DNA of 64,000 nt from Abditibacterium sp. (GTDB lineage Bacteria; Armatimonadota; Abditibacteriia; Abditibacteriales; Abditibacteriaceae). The first letter of the stretch is position 1. The number at the start of each line of letters is the position of its first letter. The notes under the pieces were generated by a model that saw nothing but the letters and a program-made list of their open reading frames with translations, did not search any database and was not told the DNA's origin. A program made the position numbers and the translations under genes. Positions 28,727-37,653 of the stretch are shown piece by piece. The stretch spans positions 480,001 to 544,000 of the forward strand of contig CBDASK010000003.1 of assembly GCA_965199495.1 (NCBI GenBank), written 5' to 3'.

Positions 28727-31312
28727 ATGCCAAGTTGGAAATCTTCATCGCAGTTCAGAACAGTATTCAACGAGTTACAAGCGTTGGAGGGATATGATTT
28801 CGTCCAAAAAATTCAACCACTGCTTATTCTGGTGCAGTCACAAGTAAATTCTGAAAGTAGTTTCGAGACTAAGACAGTTCCTGTTGAAAAATCAGGTGCC
28901 TTCGTTTTGTTTGGCCAAGCTGATGACTTAATGTTATCCTCGTCTGCTCTGAAGCAGACAGCGAGGAATGTCCCAGGAGACAAAAGCATTCACTCTGAAC
29001 CTTTGTTTCAGTTGGTTCAATGTCACGGTTTCATATCAGGTAACACTCAAGTCGGCGATGCTCAATCCCTTGAATGTCAACGTGCCACAGAAATTTTTTT
29101 GCAAAGCGGACTGCATGTTCAAAACTATGTTTTTGTTTACAATCGGCGAGAAAAGAATTCCACTTTCCGAGAATCAATAGAAAGTATTGGCAACTCGTTA
29201 GTTGAATCAGGTCGAGTCGATACGTTTCAGATTTGGAATTTGACTGATTTACTGGAACGATTGTGCGATGTATTTTTGTCTCGTTTATCAGAATTTGCAC
29301 AAAAATATGCGCCATCAACTTTGGCAGCCGATACGATACACGCTTATGAACCGTTGAAGAGAGTGCCTTTATCTGTATCAACCATATCTGTTGATGCTCA
29401 CTCGTTGCACTCTGACTCAGAAAAATTTGTTCACCAAGGTCTACTTGATCCAGTAGAAGAATTACTCAAAGGCAGAATTACGAATTACTCTGTGCTTCTT
29501 GGTGAGTTTGGTTTTGGTAAAACAACGGCAGCACTTCGTGCAAGCGCGCAACAGGAAACCCCTGTCTTCTTCGTATCAGGCGCCAGCCTAAATCTGAATG
29601 AGGTAAGCTCCAAAAATTTACTGTTACAGTGTGTCAATGAAGATGCATTAGCAGAAGAGTTTATTGACATCGATCAATCGCTTTTAAAACCTCTTTTGAA
29701 AGTTGTCGTCGAAAAATACTTTATCGCAGAGAAATGCCACGCTGTCCTGTTGTTCGATGCCATTGATGAAGCTCCACTACTCAACCGTAAAGGAGGGCTT
29801 CAAACTTTCTTTCAGCTACTGGCTCAAGTTCGGTGCCGCATACTTATGACGGTGCGAAGCGAGTTTTGGGATGTTCATAGAGCAGACTTTGAAATAGCCT
29901 TTGGTTCGGCCTCTGTTTCGGGACGAGGAACCCATAATCTTAAGCATCATAGTCTCATCCGTCTATTGCCGTGGTCGAACGTCGAAATTGCCCGACTTAT
30001 AAAGCGTCACCGAGATTCCTTAGAGGCTGAAGACGAAAAGGCACGTCTTCAAACGTTGCTTGAACTGGTAGAAAAAGGGCAATACGAGCAATTTTACGGC
30101 GATATTCCTCGGCGCCCATTGTTTCTTCAATGTATTTTGCAATCGGTGGAAGCACAAGGGGTTCAGCTAACTGGGCGGGTGCGTCTATTGGACAGATGGT
30201 GCCGCTTAAAAATACTGCGAGATACTCGTAATCCACAACGTTTCAATTCTACAGAAAGAATTCCGCTTTCTGATGACATCACAACTATGGAGGAAACAAT
30301 CAGCCTTGCTCTACTTGTGATGGAAAAAGCAGCACATTTAATGACACAAGAGAAAGATGGTGAAGTCGAGCTTCTTCCATTCTGCGATGCGAGAGAATTA
30401 CGTTCAATTGAACCTCAGTTCGACCGAATTACTAATTCTGGCTTAGTGCTAAACAGTTTGCTTTTACCGGTATCTCCCCGACTGCCAGGGACACCGCTCC
30501 GTCTACGGTTCGCACATCGCGCCTTCCAAGAATTCTTCCTTGCACGATTTCTCCTTAACGAGGGATACTCCCTCAACACGCCACTTCCGACAACAGTGCA
30601 AGAGTGGATGGAAGATTTGCGAACTTTGAATGAAGAAAATTTCGAGTTCTCAACGAATAAAGCCCGAATCGTTAAACCGATGTCTTTAACATCAACATTG
30701 GCAACTCAGAACATGGTTACAATTTTATTTCTTGCTTCCAATCCCGATGATGGTTCTGGAGGAGCATTAAAATTAGATGCAGAGTGCCGCTCAATAGACC
30801 AGCGTTTGCGCGCCAGCAAACATAGGGAAAGATTTGACTTGCGCTCTCAGTGGGCGGTGCGGGTAAATGATTTACAGAATGCACTTCTTGAGTATTCTCC
30901 AACTATCGTGCATTTTAGTGGGCACGGAAATTCGTCCGGTCAAATTATTTTGCAAGACGATACCGAAAGGTCTTTTCCAGTTTCGCAGCAATCGCTCAGT
31001 GAACTTTTCCAAATTCTTTCCCAAGAAGTGCGTTGCGTCGTCCTCAACGCCTGTTACTCTGAAGACCAAGCTCGCGCAATTGCTGATCATATCGACTGCG
31101 TCGTAGGTGTTCCTAACGAAATTGATGACACTGCGGCCATTAGCTTTTCTGCTGCTTTCTACCAAGCTCTCGGATATGGGTGCAGCGTTCAACAGGCTTT
31201 TGAATTGGGATGTAACTCTATTGGCCTTAGCGGACACGATGCCTCCCAAAGTCCTAAATTACTTACCCGTCGCGGCGTAGATGCTTCTAAAGTAGTTTTG
31301 ATTGACAATTGA
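28727..31312 (+). CDS. NACHT/STAND NTPase with C-terminal CHAT (caspase-like) protease
   Basis: Walker A GEFGFGKTT, Walker B LLFDAIDE, RPLFL and FAHRAFQEFF; CHAT motifs ILFLASNP, HFSGHG and VLNACYS. Confidence 0.85.
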   Translation: MPSWKSSSQFRTVFNELQALEGYDFVQKIQPLLILVQSQVNSESSFETKTVPVEKSGAFVLFGQADDLMLSSSALKQTARNVPGDKSIHSEPLFQLVQCHGFISGNTQVGDAQSLECQRATEIFLQSGLHVQNYVFVYNRREKNSTFRESIESIGNSLVESGRVDTFQIWNLTDLLERLCDVFLSRLSEFAQKYAPSTLAADTIHAYEPLKRVPLSVSTISVDAHSLHSDSEKFVHQGLLDPVEELLKGRITNYSVLLGEFGFGKTTAALRASAQQETPVFFVSGASLNLNEVSSKNLLLQCVNEDALAEEFIDIDQSLLKPLLKVVVEKYFIAEKCHAVLLFDAIDEAPLLNRKGGLQTFFQLLAQVRCRILMTVRSEFWDVHRADFEIAFGSASVSGRGTHNLKHHSLIRLLPWSNVEIARLIKRHRDSLEAEDEKARLQTLLELVEKGQYEQFYGDIPRRPLFLQCILQSVEAQGVQLTGRVRLLDRWCRLKILRDTRNPQRFNSTERIPLSDDITTMEETISLALLVMEKAAHLMTQEKDGEVELLPFCDARELRSIEPQFDRITNSGLVLNSLLLPVSPRLPGTPLRLRFAHRAFQEFFLARFLLNEGYSLNTPLPTTVQEWMEDLRTLNEENFEFSTNKARIVKPMSLTSTLATQNMVTILFLASNPDDGSGGALKLDAECRSIDQRLRASKHRERFDLRSQWAVRVNDLQNALLEYSPTIVHFSGHGNSSGQIILQDDTERSFPVSQQSLSELFQILSQEVRCVVLNACYSEDQARAIADHIDCVVGVPNEIDDTAAISFSAAFYQALGYGCSVQQAFELGCNSIGLSGHDASQSPKLLTRRGVDASKVVLIDN

Positions 31313-31334
31313 ACCAATGACATAATAGATGACA

Positions 31335-31365
31335 TCAAAAAAGCCGAGCTAATGCTCGACTTTTG
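31335..31365. terminator. Probable bidirectional terminator
   Basis: aaaagccgagc-taat-gctcgactttt hairpin between convergent genes. Confidence 0.55.
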
Positions 31366-31392
31366 AATTTCGTGCCTTGAATCAACGTCAGC

Positions 31393-32046
31393 TTATCGGT
31401 AGCTTGTTAGTCCCAGACAGTCCAGGTTTTGAGCCACCTCATCATTTTCAATGAGAGAGGGATCACATTGAAACATATCCACCCAATTTTTGAGTTCGGC
31501 TGGATGCCAGTGACTGTTTTTCTCAGTCGGCTCTTCAGCTAACTTATTGACAAGCTGAATGCCATCTTTACAAACGGCCATATACCCCAATTCTATACCG
31601 AAGAGGAGAGCCAGTAACCCTAACAGCATTTGCTTCCAAGTGACCTCAGAATGCAAGTAATATGTTCCGAAATAGAACAGGTCTATACCATGTGCTTTCC
31701 CCCATGCCCTCAAGTGACGAGTTGCTGGACTGGAGACATCCGCAACAGCCCAAACTACAGGTAGGGAGCCATCTAAGCACTCACGAGCTAACTGTAAGCC
31801 TCCTGCGTAGCCGCTTTCTTGAAAAAAGTGTTCTTCCAAGCTGGGAAATCGCACATCCATGAGAACGCCTTGCACAAAGGGTAATTGCGAACGCGCATCC
31901 TGAATCGTCGATGCGTAGCGGAAACGAATGCCTTTGGGCCATGTATCTGAACCAAACGCAAGTTGAGCATCGCTAAGTGGATGCAAAGCGGGGTTTTGAA
32001 TTCGCTCATCACGAGCGACAACTAAAATTTCAAGTGGGAATTTCAT
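31393..32046 (-). CDS. Hypothetical protein with receiver-like fold
   Basis: ILVV, VLMDVRFP, GLQLAREC and LPVVW pattern reminiscent of REC domains. Confidence 0.5.
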   Translation of the reverse strand: MKFPLEILVVARDERIQNPALHPLSDAQLAFGSDTWPKGIRFRYASTIQDARSQLPFVQGVLMDVRFPSLEEHFFQESGYAGGLQLARECLDGSLPVVWAVADVSSPATRHLRAWGKAHGIDLFYFGTYYLHSEVTWKQMLLGLLALLFGIELGYMAVCKDGIQLVNKLAEEPTEKNSHWHPAELKNWVDMFQCDPSLIENDEVAQNLDCLGLTSYR

Positions 32047-32355
32047 GACACACCTCATAAAGTGGAAGTAGCGTTGATGACCAGAAATCGTCACCAACGC
32101 GCTTACACTGAGGCGACATGCCGAGCAGTAACATCCGACTCAAAAGTTACTAATTTTTGATGATACTCTTTTTTGCTAAAAAAGCAAGACTCTGGGATTT
32201 AAATCCAAACTATTTAAGTCAGCGGTAATGATGTAGTGACTTGAGAATACTGCTGTCTGTTCGGTGGACTCAAATTCAATCATACTGCCAAGAGCAAAAA
32301 ACAGAAGGCGAATTGTCTCTCAAATTGCGTTTACAGCAGCTTCTTATTGGTTTTT

Positions 32356-33243
32356 ATGCCGGAGTCAACACGCATCATTTCTATCCCCAACGTGCTGGGC
32401 GCAGATTACTCTTCTATCGAACGATTTTACGACAAGATTATTGCGGCACCCTCAGCGAAACAATACAAAATCGATCTCCATCACGTCTCCTTTATGGTGC
32501 CTTATGGAGTAGTAGCCCTTGTTAATGGCGTCCGTTTGCTCCGCAGCCGCAGCAAAAATGGAGTCGAGTTAATCAATATTCAACCCCAAGTGCATTCGTA
32601 TTTGGAGCGCGTTGACTTCTTCGCCGACGCATTCAATTCTGGCTTTTGTAAATGTGATCCTGAAAATATATGGGGGCGGAGTGGCAATAGTATGACAATT
32701 TTGGAGCTTAAACTCCTTCATGATGAAGAGACTCTTGATACGGTAACCCGACGTGCCAGAACTATATTTACAAGCCATATAGGAAAAACGGCGGGTGCCC
32801 TTGTTGTAATGGTTCTCAGCGAGTTATGCACCAACGTGTTGCTGCACAGCGGTGACTTGTTGGGCACGATTCTTATTCAGAAATGTTCTCTCCCACATGA
32901 TCCTCATTCGATCTGTGTGCGCGTTGCTGTCGGCGATTTAGGATGTGGCATCAAAACAACACTGGAGCGCAAACATTCACACTTGAATAATCCCGCGCGG
33001 GCGATCAAAGCCGCTTTTGATGGTGTTTCCAGCCGTGATTCGGAGAGAAGTGCCCTGGGATTGAGAAGCGTCGCTCAGTTGGCTGCCGAACGCGGTGGAC
33101 ATATTTGGATCAGATCAGAAAATGCAGCTTTGTTGCACAGTTCCTATTCTCCCGAACGGATTTCCAGAGTAAGTTACGTTCCAGGAACTCAAGTTGCGGT
33201 CGAATTCCACGCCCCTGTAGACGACAAGATAGTGATTGGTTGA
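32356..33243 (+). CDS. STAS plus anti-sigma-factor-type GHKL kinase (CapK-like architecture)
   Basis: N-terminal IDLHHVSFM STAS-like segment; N-box ELCTNVLLHS, G1 DLGCGI, G2 ALGL and PGTQV. Confidence 0.75.
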   Translation: MPESTRIISIPNVLGADYSSIERFYDKIIAAPSAKQYKIDLHHVSFMVPYGVVALVNGVRLLRSRSKNGVELINIQPQVHSYLERVDFFADAFNSGFCKCDPENIWGRSGNSMTILELKLLHDEETLDTVTRRARTIFTSHIGKTAGALVVMVLSELCTNVLLHSGDLLGTILIQKCSLPHDPHSICVRVAVGDLGCGIKTTLERKHSHLNNPARAIKAAFDGVSSRDSERSALGLRSVAQLAAERGGHIWIRSENAALLHSSYSPERISRVSYVPGTQVAVEFHAPVDDKIVIG

Positions 33244-33280
33244 CGCGCAGTGGCTCAAATTGTAACCTTCACTATCGGTC

Positions 33281-33299
33281 TTAACTTAACCTAAGTTAA
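33281..33299. promoter_or_regulatory. Palindromic operator candidate
   Basis: Perfect ttaactta-acc-taagttaa, 17 bp upstream of the STAS-wHTH start. Confidence 0.65.
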
Positions 33300-33316
33300 A
33301 TCTACTAAATTTCAAT

Positions 33317-33934
33317 ATGCAACATCGAGTAATGGCAGAGTTAGCGAAGTCTGCGGGACAAGACCCTCACCTTTTGTTAAGGCGACCACGCGGGCAAGCG
33401 ATCTATCCTCACATAAAAGCGGCACTGCGCGGCATTGACAAAGGGGAATTGTTGTTGCTCTCTTTTTCGGAAGATCAGGATTGCGATCCGTCGTTTGTAG
33501 ATGAAACTCTCGTTAAGTTAGCACAGCAGTTGATAAAGGGAGAATTTGGCGAGAGAGGTCTGGCACTCACCGGTCTTAACGAAGGTATCAGCTTAAGTCT
33601 GGCAAGCACTCTGACGTTGCGGCGCGATGACGCGCGCAAAAGTAAAGAAGATTTCAAAATTAATTTCTTCATATTTGACAACGCGCCTTCATCGGGCCAT
33701 TTGCCCGCAGAAGGTTGGAAAATCGCAGGTCAGTTAGAGCAGAGTTTGGAAGAGGTTCTGAATCTATTGTCGCGTAGAGAATCTTTGACCGCCGCTGATT
33801 TGGTCGAGGAACTTGGTTTAGAAATTAGTTCGGCCAGTATGCGCCTGAAGCGTTTACATGAGCGCCACTTGGTGCGGCGGCAGTATCAAACGCTCTCAAC
33901 TGGCAGAGAGTTTGTCTACAGCTTCTGGCTTTAA
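33317..33934 (+). CDS. STAS-like plus winged-HTH transcription factor (CapS-like architecture)
   Basis: LSFSEDQDCDPSFVDE (anti-anti-sigma DxS site); C-terminal LTAADLVEELGLEISSASMRLKRLHERHLVRR. Confidence 0.75.
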   Translation: MQHRVMAELAKSAGQDPHLLLRRPRGQAIYPHIKAALRGIDKGELLLLSFSEDQDCDPSFVDETLVKLAQQLIKGEFGERGLALTGLNEGISLSLASTLTLRRDDARKSKEDFKINFFIFDNAPSSGHLPAEGWKIAGQLEQSLEEVLNLLSRRESLTAADLVEELGLEISSASMRLKRLHERHLVRRQYQTLSTGREFVYSFWL

Positions 33935-33949
33935 ATTCGGCGGAACCAG

Positions 33950-34000
33950 ACTTAACCCAATCCGTGTTAAGTGTAGATTTTAGCATAAACCTAACTAAAA
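33950..34000. promoter_or_regulatory. Operator candidates upstream of the ubiquitin-like operon
   Basis: acttaac-N9-gttaagt inverted repeat, then ttttag-N11-ctaaaa; shares cttaacc and acctaa elements with the 33281 site. Confidence 0.55.
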
Positions 34001-34047
34001 CTCGCGCAGTGAAGTTACGACTGTGACACGCCCCTTCCCAATTAAAA

Positions 34048-34956
34048 ATGAAACACAAAAACGAAAAAATCGAGATTACCGTTGACGGAATCTCCTACAA
34101 AATCAGCGAAGTTGAACCGACCGGTCGAAAGATTTTCGAGACCATAGGAAAAAAGCCTGACACGTATTTGCTCTCTCTCATCGTTGCCGATGCCCCAGAC
34201 CGTTTGCATGACGCGTATGAGACGATTGACCTCAGCAATCCTGCCAATCGGCATTTCAACCTCATCGAAAAAGCGCGCCATTATGCTTTTCGGGTGGACG
34301 AGCAATCGTTGGATACGACTAACCCAAATATCACGGGCCGCGAGTTGCTGAAGATGGTGGGCAAATCTCCGCAAACGCATCAGCTTACGTTTCAGATCAT
34401 CGGCCAGTCGGATGTGTTCGTTGAGGCGGACGAATCCGCCGAATTGGAACGTTCTGGGCGCGAGCAGTTTTTCACGGTGTTGAGGAAACCGCTCACGATT
34501 ACCATTGATGGCGCCTCCTATCAACCTGGCGTCATTGAAATCAGTGGGGACAAACTGCGTCATTTGGTGACGCCGCCAATTTTCGAGACCAAGGATTTGT
34601 GGTTTGACGTGCCAGGCAAAGAAGATTTGCTGGTGAAGTCCGGTGACACCATCGCCCTCAAAGATGGCATGGCTTTTTACAGCGCAGCGCGTGCGGGACT
34701 GACGCTGACGTTCGTGGTCAACGGCGCTTCGACGGAAGTATCGGTCAAGCCCAAGGATATTCTGAGAGATGCCGCGATAGAAGCGTTAAAAGCCACCGGA
34801 AACGATCAGGGGCGCCCCATCGAAGAATGGGATTTGAAGGACAGCGACGGTGTCGTGATCGACATGAGCAGCAAAGTCGAAACGCACGGATTTACGTCCG
34901 CGACGAGGCTCTATCTCAGTCCCAAAATCGGCGCGGGAGGCAGCGATGAATTTTAA
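34048..34956 (+). CDS. bilA: Multi-ubiquitin-like protein (3 Multi_ubiq-like repeats plus DUF2604-like Ubl)
   Basis: Four ~70-85 aa beta-grasp-like units beginning ITVDG, FRVDE, ITIDG and FVVNG; C-terminus LYLSPKIGAGG-SDEF. Confidence 0.8.
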   Translation: MKHKNEKIEITVDGISYKISEVEPTGRKIFETIGKKPDTYLLSLIVADAPDRLHDAYETIDLSNPANRHFNLIEKARHYAFRVDEQSLDTTNPNITGRELLKMVGKSPQTHQLTFQIIGQSDVFVEADESAELERSGREQFFTVLRKPLTITIDGASYQPGVIEISGDKLRHLVTPPIFETKDLWFDVPGKEDLLVKSGDTIALKDGMAFYSAARAGLTLTFVVNGASTEVSVKPKDILRDAAIEALKATGNDQGRPIEEWDLKDSDGVVIDMSSKVETHGFTSATRLYLSPKIGAGGSDEF

Positions 34957-35539
34957 AGATGCAGTTGTTGACCCCGCAGTTTCGCGCGTCAAATTCGAGC
35001 GCGAAGTCGCGTTGTATCGAGAGAACAGCGACGATTACATCGCGCGCGGATGGTGGTTGGTGAAAGCGGAATTTCCACAAGTTTTGGTGATTTTCGGAAA
35101 GCCTGGTATTTCGCCCACTGTGGCGCCTATTGGTGCTTTGATTGACTTCTCCAACTACGACGCATGGCCGCCCTCAGTTCAGTTAGTGAATCCGTTCACA
35201 CAAGTGCCATTCAAAACTAACGAAGTTCCGATTCCTCCATTGATGAAGTTTCACAAGTCAGACAATCCCAACGGCCCTCAGCATGAAAATTTGCTTCAAA
35301 CGCAAGGGCCAGAAGCGATTCCGTTTATCTGCGTTCCTGGCATCCGCGAGTATCACGAGCATCCGGCTCATTCGGGAGATTCGTGGTTTGTTCATCGCAA
35401 AAGAGGCGAAGGCACTCTTTACTTTATCCTTAATTTACTCAACACATACGGCATCGGCGCCATAACAGGCTTCAGCTTCAACTTACAAATCCAAGTGGGA
35501 CTTCAAGGCCCCAATACAGTGGACGAGATACCAAGATGA
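34946..35539 (+). CDS. bilB: E2-like conjugating protein (Metal_CEHH family)
   Basis: SRVKFEREV, DFSNYDAWPPSV and FICVPGIREYHEHPAHSGDSW; overlaps the Ubl stop. Confidence 0.8.
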   Translation: MNFKDAVVDPAVSRVKFEREVALYRENSDDYIARGWWLVKAEFPQVLVIFGKPGISPTVAPIGALIDFSNYDAWPPSVQLVNPFTQVPFKTNEVPIPPLMKFHKSDNPNGPQHENLLQTQGPEAIPFICVPGIREYHEHPAHSGDSWFVHRKRGEGTLYFILNLLNTYGIGAITGFSFNLQIQVGLQGPNTVDEIPR

Positions 35540-36135
35540 CGGGACTACTTCATATTACTCGCGTGATTGTGCCGCACGACAAGGCCGAAGCCGCCCATTT
35601 GCATCTGCGTAAAATTGGGCATCAGGGTTCCGAAGCGGTGGCGCTCTGGGTTGGTGTCGTCCGCGAGAACAATTTTGAAGTGCGCGAAACCATTATTCCC
35701 AAACAGACGCCGCAACGCACGCCAACGGGCATCTTGTTCACCGTTAGCCCTCAAGAATTGCACCGCATCAATGTCTGGCTTCACGAGAACGAGATGCAAA
35801 TTATCGCGCAATTGCACAGCCATCCTCAAGAGGCTTACCACTCCGAACTGGATGATGAATTGCCGTTGGCGACGACGGTGGGCTGTTTATCTCTGGTCAT
35901 TCCAAACTTCGCCCGCGATCCTTTTTCTCTGCGCCGTTGCGCCATTTACCGGCTAATTCCCGATCAAGGCTGGACTCAACTCAGTCCCGCCGAAACCGCA
36001 CGCTTAATTACCGTAAGAGCGGAAAAGCCTGAGCAAATCTCCGATAATCAGCCTTCGTCTCGCTCCAAAACTCCGCCGCCAAAGCAACATAAAACATTAT
36101 GGGACTGGCTCCATTTTTTCAAAAAGCGGCCTTAG
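35536..36135 (+). CDS. bilC: JAB/MPN metalloprotease (deubiquitinase)
   Basis: EAVALW and HSHPQEAYHSELD JAMM motif; SLVIPNFA. Confidence 0.85.
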   Translation: MTGLLHITRVIVPHDKAEAAHLHLRKIGHQGSEAVALWVGVVRENNFEVRETIIPKQTPQRTPTGILFTVSPQELHRINVWLHENEMQIIAQLHSHPQEAYHSELDDELPLATTVGCLSLVIPNFARDPFSLRRCAIYRLIPDQGWTQLSPAETARLITVRAEKPEQISDNQPSSRSKTPPPKQHKTLWDWLHFFKKRP

Positions 36136-37652
36136 CTGGCTCACACCTACTGCGCGATTTCGAGTTCGATGCGTTCTCGCGCCTGCTCCTGGCGCAGACG
36201 GTTCGCGTCGCGTTTGATGCCGAAGCTCTTCGCTCCCGCGAAGGGTTGGTAACTCTTGAACTCACCGTCAATTTGTTGGCGCGCCTCTATCCGCGCTTGG
36301 CACTAACGCCGCTTGAGTCGGTCGAATCAGAGGTTCTTAACCGATTGATGTCGCTGGCGCGTTCGATTAATCCTGCTATTGATTTCACAACGGCAAGCGA
36401 TTCGGCGACTGTTTGTATCGTTATCGGCTCTACTCGGCTTACGGGCGAGGCGCCCACGATTTACGTTGGCTCCGACAACTGGATTACCGCACTCTCGACC
36501 TCATCTCCGGTCGGAAGTGGCGATTCCGACAACCCGTTTGGCGCCGCCGCTGCCGCTTGCTTTGGCGTCGCCAAGGTATTCCGAACGACCTTTGCCGATC
36601 AGTTGGTTGGCGTGACTTGGGAAGAAAATTGGAAGATTTCACTTCTCAATATAGATGACAGAACCGAGCTTTTCAATCCGCCTACAAAAGATGTTGATAT
36701 GGGAGAATGTCATTTGGTGGGAGTAGGTGCGATTGGCAACGCTGCCGTTTGGGCGTTGGCGCGCGCGCCATTCTTGAAGGGAACACTGCACCTAATAGAC
36801 AATGAGGAAGTTGACGATACCAATCCTCAGCGATACGTTCTCACGGGCGTTGCGGATGCGGGAACAAGCAAGGTTGTTCTGGCACAACGCGCTCTAAAAG
36901 GGTCTCAATTAGAGGTTTGTCCGCACGCGCTTTCTTGGGGAGAGTATTTGAAAGAGCGGGACAATTGGCATTTAGACCGCGTGGCTGTTGCGCTGGACAC
37001 ACCGGAAGATCGCCGCCTGGTTCAAACCGCTCTGCCTCGATGGATCGTCAATGCCTGGACGCAGCCTGATGACCTGGGGATTTCGAGGCACGGATTTGCA
37101 AATGGTCAAGCCTGTTTAATGTGCCTGTATATGCCCGAAGGAACGGTGCCCGACGTGGACGATCAGATTGTAAGTTCCCTCAATCTGCCCGATGATATGG
37201 AGACGTTACAGGCGGTGCGGCGTCTTCTGGTGACGGAAGAACCAATTGGCATGGATTGGGTTAGGCGAATTGCTACGGCGAACAAAGTAGAAATCGAACG
37301 ATTGACGGATCTACAGAATTTGCCGATACGGAGCTTTTATCAAAAAACAGTTTGTGGCGGCGTCTTACTTTCGCTTGGCGCGGATGTCGGCACAGCTCCG
37401 CGCAACACCGAAGTGCCAATGGCTTTTCAATCTGCTCTGGCCGGAATTCTTCTGGCAACCGAACTCGTCGCGCACTCCGCCGGACTGAAAAGCGACTTCA
37501 ATCATGTGACCACGAAGCTTAATTTGCTGAGACCGCTGGGATGCGATTTATCTCTTCCCGCACCTCAACATCCTTCGGGCAAATGTATATGTCAGGACGA
37601 GGATTACATCAAAGTATACGAAGACAAATATGGCGAGCGGGAGCAATTCTAA
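36099..37652 (+). CDS. bilD: E1-like activating enzyme (Prok-E2_C-like N-terminus plus ThiF)
   Basis: GVGAIG, DNEEVDDTNPQRY, Zn ligands CLMC and CIC, candidate catalytic Cys in TVCGG. Confidence 0.85.
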   Translation: MGLAPFFQKAALAGSHLLRDFEFDAFSRLLLAQTVRVAFDAEALRSREGLVTLELTVNLLARLYPRLALTPLESVESEVLNRLMSLARSINPAIDFTTASDSATVCIVIGSTRLTGEAPTIYVGSDNWITALSTSSPVGSGDSDNPFGAAAAACFGVAKVFRTTFADQLVGVTWEENWKISLLNIDDRTELFNPPTKDVDMGECHLVGVGAIGNAAVWALARAPFLKGTLHLIDNEEVDDTNPQRYVLTGVADAGTSKVVLAQRALKGSQLEVCPHALSWGEYLKERDNWHLDRVAVALDTPEDRRLVQTALPRWIVNAWTQPDDLGISRHGFANGQACLMCLYMPEGTVPDVDDQIVSSLNLPDDMETLQAVRRLLVTEEPIGMDWVRRIATANKVEIERLTDLQNLPIRSFYQKTVCGGVLLSLGADVGTAPRNTEVPMAFQSALAGILLATELVAHSAGLKSDFNHVTTKLNLLRPLGCDLSLPAPQHPSGKCICQDEDYIKVYEDKYGEREQF

Positions 37653-37653
37653 T

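Noticed and set aside
34048..37652. CBASS/Pycsar or sulfur-transfer (ThiS/MoaD) interpretation of the E1/E2/JAB genes
   Set aside because: No cyclase or CD-NTase and no thiamine or molybdopterin genes are nearby; the multi-Ubl plus CEHH-type E2 fits Bil.
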